Of a DNA stretch of 64,000 bases, positions 61,701 to 64,000 are shown one piece after another (position 1 is the stretch's first letter; every line of letters begins with the position of its first letter). The notes beneath the pieces were generated by a model. The model was not told where the DNA came from and ran no database searches. It saw only the letters and a list, made by a program, of their open reading frames with translations. A program made the position numbers and the translations under genes. The DNA comes from Tubiluchus corallicola (lineage: Eukaryota > Animalia > Priapulida). The stretch covers positions 1-64,000 of the forward strand of contig JAQGDQ010000148.1 of assembly GCA_030141605.1 (NCBI GenBank), in the 5' to 3' direction.

Positions 61701-64000
61701 AACCTAAAGATTGCATTGAACACAATAATGGAAGGATACAGGTTCTATATCAGAACGCAAAACTATAGATACAAACCCTGTCTTGAATAAAACAATAAGC
61801 TAATTAATACTTATAAGCAAAAAGATAAAAGTAAGAAATGATGAATTACAAAAATAATACAAAAAAAATTAAGAAATTATGCATTCTAACTTAAGCAAAT
61901 GAACAGCAAATAGCAAAATACAGGCTATACCGAATTATGTAATCTCCAGGATCTTGTTCAACATCGTCTGAGTGCGCTAATACTTACATTGTGACGTTTT
62001 AGCAAGCTTCCCGGTTCGAGAATCATCTGCAGTTCTGCTTCCTCCTCACAGGCTTCATTTTGTCCTGCCTTGAGCAACCCCACAAATTCAACTTCAGACT
62101 GTTTATATTCTAGCTGTATTAATCTTATAGGAGCTTTATAAACAACATCCTATGAAAAAAAATGAAACAAAAAAAAATTGCAACATTTTTTACACAAATT
62201 CTCTTCTAAAAAGAAGCTTGATTTATTAGAATAAGCTGACTAGTAAGGTCAAGTGAAATGTAATAAAATATTTGCTGATGCATTTAAAAAAATTGCCAGA
62301 AGCTTGTACATTTTTATAGTCCTTTTTAATCAAAATGTAAGTACCTTCCATTTATTGTGTAACTCATCCCTGACTACACAAGTTTGTGTTGAAATCTCTT
62401 TATCACAGTCAGACAAAACCTCTTGCGTCGAATGCAGATAGTTTTGCAATAGTTTGTGATCCACATTTGCAAAAAATGCCTGAAAGTGCAAAAGGTGACT
62501 TAGACAGAAGTTACTTTGTGCATAGTCCCATAGGTATAAAGACAAAGCACAATCGAATGATATAATTTTTGACACTAACTACTCTTTAAATACTACTCAA
62601 ACTGAAAAGTGAGCACACAATCTCAGAAAGTCAAAAAGTAACATGAACAATAATAATTTGTCACATCCAAGTGTGTAACTATTTTGAAGGATCATCAGCT
62701 TGGGTCTCTCCTGGTTAAGATGCTGCATGCTATATCAATCAAAAAATTGTTGTTTCAACATCAAAACATTATAATATTGCCTTTCGTTGCTGAATACAGT
62801 GGGATAGTCATCTCATATCATAGCTGCTGCATTTCAGTTAAAACATCTTTTATATTACCTTATGTTTCTTTGCCAAGTTTCCTGGTGAGTCGTCTGTATC
62901 AGCCATTACATTTTCTGCAGCCTGAAGCCATTCTTCTACGTTGTGTTTACTTCGATGATATTTACTCCATGCAGCTATAGCTTTCTCTAGTTTAGATTCC
63001 CACATCATTGCATTCTGTTGACAAGTCTGGAAAAAATGATAAGTAAATACCCAAATTGAAAGAGTCAAATAAGAAATATAAAGCCGATAGGAGTCACAAT
63101 ACAGAAACTTAATTGATAGAATAAGAAACAGATAAATGGCTTCAGAAATTGTAAAAAAACTGGTTACAAATGACCAATCCAGTGACTAAACAACCTATGA
63201 CTGAGTGTAATAACTATGAGGATATTGCGTCTTACCACAAAGCGACTGACAAGAGAAGCCCAGTCTTTCTGCAGCTGATCACTTTTTAGATTTTTGATTC
63301 CCGATTTAACCACTGCATTTACCAGGCGACTCTTTCCATCCAAGCTTGACCGAATGATGGCAGACTGAGCGAAGAATACCTTTAAAAGAATAAGTTATTA
63401 ACTAAGTTGCTGGAAATTCTAAATTACAGCTCATGGCAATTCCCGAACACGCTGAAAAAAGGGGTTCTTTCAATAAAATATTTAGCATTAGGAATAAACA
63501 GGGTTAAACCAATGGACCTGTCTGCCAGAAAATCATTGTCTGAAGAAGAAAAGGACTTCAGACTGTGTCAACAAATTCCTAAAACGATGACAAAAATATT
63601 TAAATGGTCAAATAGTGTAAAGTAAGTAAACTATATTATACTCATAACTGACGTCATTCCTGTTGTTATAATAATTTGTAAACATTTAGCAACATCTGTT
63701 TTAGTATCATTTAAAACGATTAATAAAGGCCTTAATAATAATAACCACAAAAACCCTAGGTAAAATAAATGAAGTTATGTGAGAAAATGCAAATTATTGA
63801 ATGTTCGGTTATCCAAGTTTTGATTAATAATAATTTTTTGTTGTGTACAAATTTACTTTATGTTTTCCAAGTCTAATCTCCATCATTTCTATGTCACTGC
63901 TAAGCATGTGTGAATTTAGCATCTCTTCTCTCTCTTGCAACCACTTTGTTATTTCGCCGTAGCCGGTTTCCAGGGTTTCAACACGAGGAAGTAACTGTCG
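3245..64000 (-). CDS. SYNE1: Giant spectrin-repeat protein, Nesprin-1/SYNE1/MSP-300-like; internal 87 exons, partial at both ends
   Basis: 87 GT-AG exons with consistent phases, about 14,793 nt (about 4,930 aa); ~100-109 aa helical repeats with conserved Trp and T(S/T)PxG..I loops. Family assignment is from repeat style and size only, since CH and KASH domains are not in the window. Confidence 0.75.
3681..3815 (-). CDS. nesprin-like exon
   Basis: 135 nt, ELLEQVNNRRQDLL. Confidence 0.85.
4085..4240 (-). CDS. nesprin-like exon
   Basis: 156 nt, KQLIQAKAKYDAM. Confidence 0.85.
4546..5515. mobile_element. Non-autonomous Tc1/mariner-superfamily (pogo/Tigger-like) DNA transposon, 970 bp
   Basis: TIRs CAGTAGGCGCCGCTTAATAGACTCAC and (rc) CAGTAGACACCGCTTAATAGACTCAC; TA on both flanks (4544-45, 5516-17); no transposase ORF. 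Confidence 0.88.
5693..5848 (-). CDS. nesprin-like exon
   Basis: 156 nt, DLKTEWQSKKDDV. Confidence 0.85.
6416..6733 (-). CDS. nesprin-like exon (whole A-type repeat)
   Basis: 318 nt, LLAAKLPEGENRL..TSPNGHPVI. Confidence 0.88.
6984..7148 (-). CDS. nesprin-like exon
   Basis: 165 nt, VLQVKCTQYISDHEKF. Confidence 0.85.
7708..7860 (-). CDS. nesprin-like exon
   Basis: 153 nt, KIGEDIQSHEPSV. Confidence 0.85.
8098..8139. repeat. Perfect 42-bp palindrome without spacer
   Basis: TACTGGTCACTAAAAACTTGT followed directly by ACAAGTTTTTAGTGACCAGTA. Confidence 0.95.
8569..8724 (-). CDS. nesprin-like exon
   Basis: 156 nt, VQFETLQTEW. Confidence 0.85.
8989..9159 (-). CDS. nesprin-like exon
   Basis: 171 nt, DLQQALSVGINKL..TNSPGCDAI. 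Confidence 0.85.
9937..10101 (-). CDS. nesprin-like exon
   Basis: 165 nt, EMVKKLDGFFVDHEKF. Confidence 0.85.
10573..10707 (-). CDS. nesprin-like exon
   Basis: 135 nt, NVEQELLNHEV. Confidence 0.85.
11064..11279 (-). CDS. nesprin-like exon
   Basis: 216 nt, EVDNYEHSLSEF. Confidence 0.85.
11891..12001 (-). CDS. nesprin-like exon
   Basis: 111 nt, EFEATLQNGIDNL. Confidence 0.8.
12546..12707 (-). CDS. nesprin-like exon
   Basis: 162 nt, VVVKNAAEITDLH. Confidence 0.85.
12969..13109 (-). CDS. nesprin-like exon
   Basis: 141 nt, NLQREITSYQ. Confidence 0.85.
13375..13530 (-). CDS. nesprin-like exon
   Basis: 156 nt, VKMEQSLVKW. Confidence 0.85.
13974..14144 (-). CDS. nesprin-like exon
   Basis: 171 nt, VLENEKPAVQ..TSTEGHPSI. 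Confidence 0.85.
14663..14962 (-). CDS. nesprin-like exon (whole B-type repeat)
   Basis: 300 nt, DLLNNCKEQSGKL..NKLETIQ. Confidence 0.85.
16435..16580 (-). CDS. nesprin-like exon
   Basis: 146 nt, phase 1 start, AQRQLWLQF. Confidence 0.85.
16722..16797. repeat. Compound microsatellite (AAT)n(AAC)n(AAT)n
   Basis: aataataat...acaacaaca...aataataat read directly. Confidence 0.95.
17237..17417 (-). CDS. nesprin-like exon
   Basis: 181 nt, DAHTNAQACREL, phase 1 end. Confidence 0.85.
17569..17733 (-). CDS. nesprin-like exon
   Basis: 165 nt, VKKDDCLHSICNHEKY. Confidence 0.85.
18377..18520 (-). CDS. nesprin-like exon
   Basis: 144 nt, NIHETVKSEETS. Confidence 0.85.
18923..19078 (-). CDS. nesprin-like exon
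   Basis: 156 nt, KLLNEKLDSLL. Confidence 0.85.
19513..19683 (-). CDS. nesprin-like exon
   Basis: 171 nt, GLESSLEDGRKM, AAG acceptor. Confidence 0.83.
19953..20120 (-). CDS. nesprin-like exon
   Basis: 168 nt, LACTQWQTYVEAHEDY. Confidence 0.85.
20389..20529 (-). CDS. nesprin-like exon
   Basis: 141 nt, EVQSSISSLDSDV. Confidence 0.83.
20948..21088 (-). CDS. nesprin-like exon
   Basis: 141 nt, DKLGQLTTFSEL. Confidence 0.85.
21225..21407 (-). CDS. nesprin-like exon
   Basis: 183 nt, DALASKPEGEALM, AAG acceptor. Confidence 0.83.
21565..22283. mobile_element. Non-autonomous hAT-like DNA transposon, 719 bp
   Basis: Imperfect TIRs CAGGGCCGGCTCTA and (rc) CATGGCCAGCTTTA; exact 8-bp TSD AATACAAT at 21557-21564 and 22284-22291. 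Confidence 0.85.
22369..22533 (-). CDS. nesprin-like exon
   Basis: 165 nt, DVHKLASDAVECHKQY. Confidence 0.85.
22823..22957 (-). CDS. nesprin-like exon
   Basis: 135 nt, ALSAEVVGNHGDV, AAG acceptor. Confidence 0.82.
23154..23304 (-). CDS. nesprin-like exon
   Basis: 151 nt, phase 2 start, LSKYSGQL. Confidence 0.83.
23474..23649 (-). CDS. nesprin-like exon
   Basis: 176 nt, ELLSEKDEYLSKV..TAAPGREAI. Confidence 0.85.
24331..24501 (-). CDS. nesprin-like exon
   Basis: 171 nt, EFCSRSEQALADHVFY. Confidence 0.85.
25151..25306 (-). CDS. nesprin-like exon
   Basis: 156 nt, DVQKTLEDFHSDV. Confidence 0.85.
26716..26904. mobile_element. Small Tigger/pogo-like MITE, 189 bp
   Basis: TA|CAGTCAAACTTCTTTAT ... 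ATAATGATGTTTGACTG|TA; internal repeats of GGCATTATA. Confidence 0.78.
27199..27519 (-). CDS. nesprin-like exon (whole A-type repeat)
   Basis: 321 nt, ELLTGKQEGQEKL..TSLPGKQPI. Confidence 0.88.
27659..27751. repeat. Perfect 40-bp inverted repeat with 13-nt spacer
   Basis: 27659-27698 CCACTAACACAATATATGTGACAATAGGCCCTTGCTTGGA is the exact reverse complement of 27712-27751. Confidence 0.95.
28879..29043 (-). CDS. nesprin-like exon
   Basis: 165 nt, NLAEKSGVIVAEHEAY. Confidence 0.85.
29473..29619 (-). CDS. nesprin-like exon
   Basis: 147 nt, ELVREITVQQVSI. Confidence 0.85.
29823..30305. mobile_element. MITE with GGGGCCATCC termini (possibly PIF/Harbinger-like), 483 bp
   Basis: GGGGCCATCC at 29823-32 and GGATGGCCCC at 30296-305, T-runs on both flanks; internal ~55-bp direct repeat (TACCTTGCGTTAYAAT...CCTACCTA.CCCTTAT) near both ends. 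Confidence 0.6.
30540..30732 (-). CDS. nesprin-like exon
   Basis: 193 nt, phase 2 start, WEALSQQL. Confidence 0.85.
31094..31227 (-). CDS. nesprin-like exon
   Basis: 134 nt, ALLAEQKIIYPQL..TNPEGRDTI. Confidence 0.85.
31632..31799 (-). CDS. nesprin-like exon
   Basis: 168 nt, ELIQKWELYVADHSQF. Confidence 0.85.
32282..32434 (-). CDS. nesprin-like exon
   Basis: 153 nt, EWKTAAELLGEYV. Confidence 0.85.
32672..32811 (-). CDS. nesprin-like exon
   Basis: 140 nt, phase 1 start, LLVLWEQY. Confidence 0.83.
33133..33316 (-). CDS. nesprin-like exon
   Basis: 184 nt, EQIEKVPPQEEKV..TAPAGRDAV. Confidence 0.85.
33839..34003 (-). CDS. nesprin-like exon
   Basis: 165 nt, ELLGKYETFVTQHQDF. Confidence 0.85.
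34631..34762 (-). CDS. nesprin-like exon
   Basis: 132 nt, VSHEDLESEKQIL. Confidence 0.85.
35707..35908 (-). CDS. nesprin-like exon
   Basis: 202 nt, phase 2 start, LLRQKYQAL. Confidence 0.85.
36558..36676 (-). CDS. nesprin-like exon
   Basis: 119 nt, EIISDKEQGGSKV..TTPDGRETI. Confidence 0.85.
36644..36871. repeat. Tandem duplication, 2 x 114 bp, spanning an intron/exon boundary
   Basis: ACTTCCACCCTGCTCCTTGTC.GATATAATTTCCTAAA...TTAGTCAC begins at 36644 and again at 36758, with scattered mismatches. Confidence 0.93.
37235..37396 (-). CDS. nesprin-like exon
   Basis: 162 nt, NLVNKWEQYVSEHGHY. Confidence 0.85.
37867..38354. mobile_element. Degenerate TA-flanked MITE containing a reverse-oriented fragment (~38030-38295) of the 4546-5515 family
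   Basis: TA|CACTCATATCTCAGTTTGCC and (rc) TA|CACTCATACGTCGGTCTGCC (16/20 match); inner segment aligns by eye to the left arm of 4546/53361 elements. Confidence 0.6.
38408..38548 (-). CDS. nesprin-like exon
   Basis: 141 nt, ALSDKVTESAGKV, AAG acceptor. Confidence 0.82.
38807..38998 (-). CDS. nesprin-like exon
   Basis: 192 nt, EWLWLQTRLGDG. Confidence 0.85.
39727..39858 (-). CDS. nesprin-like exon
   Basis: 132 nt, EMAKEFHEGESKW..TTPAGQESI. Confidence 0.85.
40435..40599 (-). CDS. nesprin-like exon
   Basis: 165 nt, VCVNTSSAYAHEHQQL. Confidence 0.85.
41284..41424 (-). CDS. nesprin-like exon
   Basis: 141 nt, ASAQDIQSHASVI. Confidence 0.85.
42067..42393 (-). CDS. nesprin-like exon (whole A-type repeat)
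   Basis: 327 nt, ELQENKDEALSDY..NTSPAGRDVV. Confidence 0.88.
43086..43250 (-). CDS. nesprin-like exon
   Basis: 165 nt, ENVDCSQANVDDHANY. Confidence 0.85.
43571..43723 (-). CDS. nesprin-like exon
   Basis: 153 nt, NLQKEVILREPDF. Confidence 0.85.
44334..44660 (-). CDS. nesprin-like exon (whole repeat)
   Basis: 327 nt, DMQKSIPEGKAKL. Confidence 0.88.
45049..45204 (-). CDS. nesprin-like exon
   Basis: 156 nt, MTESSEMLLVQRF. Confidence 0.83.
45785..45949 (-). CDS. nesprin-like exon
   Basis: 165 nt, ELSDDLADMQEQF. Confidence 0.85.
46046..46183 (-). CDS. nesprin-like exon
   Basis: 138 nt, ESATELDNMRLKL. Confidence 0.85.
46763..46936 (-). CDS. nesprin-like exon
   Basis: 174 nt, SELDYNKGLQKKL. 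Confidence 0.83.
47282..47424 (-). CDS. nesprin-like exon
   Basis: 143 nt, phase 1 start, KAKEVWQRI. Confidence 0.85.
47818..48028 (-). CDS. nesprin-like exon
   Basis: 211 nt, EANVKLQEIHPDI. Confidence 0.85.
48803..49123 (-). CDS. nesprin-like exon
   Basis: 321 nt, AVQATLQQKEETL. Confidence 0.85.
50286..50481 (-). CDS. nesprin-like exon
   Basis: 196 nt, phase 2 start, SAMAIELQIK. Confidence 0.85.
50590..50746 (-). CDS. nesprin-like exon
   Basis: 157 nt, phases 1/2, KLSNLDDQQSSI. Confidence 0.8.
50788..50897 (+). repeat. Dispersed ~110-bp AT-rich repeat, copy 1
   Basis: AAGTACTATAACTGCAAAAATATAAATTAAGAATGAAATGTATCAAAAATTAT...CCTAGTTTACAATTATTAT, near-identical to 55102-55212. Confidence 0.85.
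51077..51201 (-). CDS. nesprin-like exon
   Basis: 125 nt, phases 2/1, LVEFYVERNQL. Confidence 0.82.
51918..52096 (-). CDS. nesprin-like exon
   Basis: 179 nt, LMKLHTEQKANL. Confidence 0.83.
52578..52892 (-). CDS. nesprin-like exon
   Basis: 315 nt, TIGNELYLIQPAV. Confidence 0.87.
53361..54212. mobile_element. Older, diverged copy of the pogo/Tigger-like MITE family seen at 4546-5515
   Basis: Left arm TAGTAGGTGCCATTTATTAGACGCAC..CACGGGCCGCTCCTATTCAAAT and right arm CCCAAAGTGAATCTATGAAACGGCATCTACTC|TA align to the 4546 element; internal ~55-bp tandem duplication at 53709-53835. Confidence 0.8.
54254..54407 (-). CDS. nesprin-like exon
   Basis: 154 nt, phase 2 start, IEGLLASWREY. Confidence 0.85.
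54640..54788 (-). CDS. nesprin-like exon
   Basis: 149 nt, TFMRELAPHETAL. Confidence 0.85.
55102..55212 (+). repeat. Dispersed ~110-bp AT-rich repeat, copy 2
   Basis: Matches 50788-50897 in the same orientation. Confidence 0.85.
55337..55521 (-). CDS. nesprin-like exon
   Basis: 185 nt, phase 1 start, LSAIINQEGTSL. Confidence 0.83.
55685..55826 (-). CDS. nesprin-like exon
   Basis: 142 nt, ILKSEVELNKQL, AAG acceptor. Confidence 0.8.
56215..56376 (-). CDS. nesprin-like exon
   Basis: 162 nt, VLGEVKQLESLASCW. Confidence 0.85.
57025..57180 (-). CDS. nesprin-like exon
   Basis: 156 nt, AAQECLGDASSNM. Confidence 0.85.
57816..57956 (-). CDS. nesprin-like exon
   Basis: 141 nt, CIVVLIDERESDR; acceptor chosen to keep phase 0. 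Confidence 0.75.
58451..58627 (-). CDS. nesprin-like exon
   Basis: 177 nt, DIHDKLEEKKPEI. Confidence 0.85.
59188..59348 (-). CDS. nesprin-like exon
   Basis: 161 nt, phase 1 start, LTTVQSGTIM. Confidence 0.83.
59955..60114 (-). CDS. nesprin-like exon
   Basis: 160 nt, AICQDVNQYRNEV. Confidence 0.85.
60280..60388 (-). CDS. nesprin-like exon
   Basis: 109 nt, phase 2 start, FTSLEKWMDSV. Confidence 0.83.
60653..60798 (-). CDS. nesprin-like exon
   Basis: 146 nt, ESGVSKQDASLQ. Confidence 0.83.
61277..61372 (-). CDS. nesprin-like exon
   Basis: 96 nt, EFFQESGFFPRCK. Confidence 0.78.
61988..62149 (-). CDS. nesprin-like exon
   Basis: 162 nt, DVVYKAPIRLIQL. Confidence 0.82.
62345..62479 (-). CDS. 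nesprin-like exon
   Basis: 135 nt, AFFANVDHKLLQ. Confidence 0.83.
62859..63026 (-). CDS. nesprin-like exon
   Basis: 168 nt, TCQQNAMMWESKL. Confidence 0.85.
63236..63379 (-). CDS. nesprin-like exon
   Basis: 144 nt, VFFAQSAIIRSSL, AAG acceptor. Confidence 0.8.
63857..64000 (-). CDS. nesprin-like exon, truncated by window end
   Basis: RQLLPRVETLETGYGEITKWLQE..KHK then GT donor. Confidence 0.82.

Noticed and set aside
19684-63381. Six AAG acceptors as possible non-canonical splicing
   Set aside because: Still GT-AG introns; AAG is a known minor acceptor and 6 of 86 is unremarkable. No GC-AG or AT-AC introns were needed
1-64000. CRISPR arrays, tRNA/rRNA genes, prokaryotic operons
   Set aside because: No regularly spaced repeat-spacer array or structural RNA gene seen; the window is spliced eukaryotic DNA

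Overview
Eukaryotic (animal) genomic DNA, AT-rich, with short-to-medium GT-AG introns; the compact style would fit an invertebrate such as a tunicate, but that is only an inference. (1) Positions 1-~3163 (+) hold an apparently full-length, young RTE-clade non-LTR retrotransposon (APE endonuclease + reverse transcriptase, one 1-nt frameshift). Its extreme 5' end (1-52) is a twister self-cleaving ribozyme with the cleavage site at U1/A2. (2) The rest of the window is the internal part of a giant minus-strand gene encoding a spectrin-repeat rod protein, most like Nesprin-1/SYNE1/MSP-300. I traced by hand 87 exons (3245-64000, about 14.8 kb, about 4,930 codons) with consistent splice phases. Start, stop, CH and KASH domains lie outside the window, and the retroelement sits antisense in one of its introns. 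The rod shows a regular A/B two-repeat super-period mirrored in the exon structure. Introns carry several non-autonomous DNA transposons (TA-TSD pogo/Tigger-like, 8-bp-TSD hAT-like, GGGGCCATCC-ended), two perfect inverted repeats, a 114-bp duplication that copies a splice acceptor, and microsatellites. Most short ORFs in the supplied track are exon-plus-intron read-throughs or antisense shadows.
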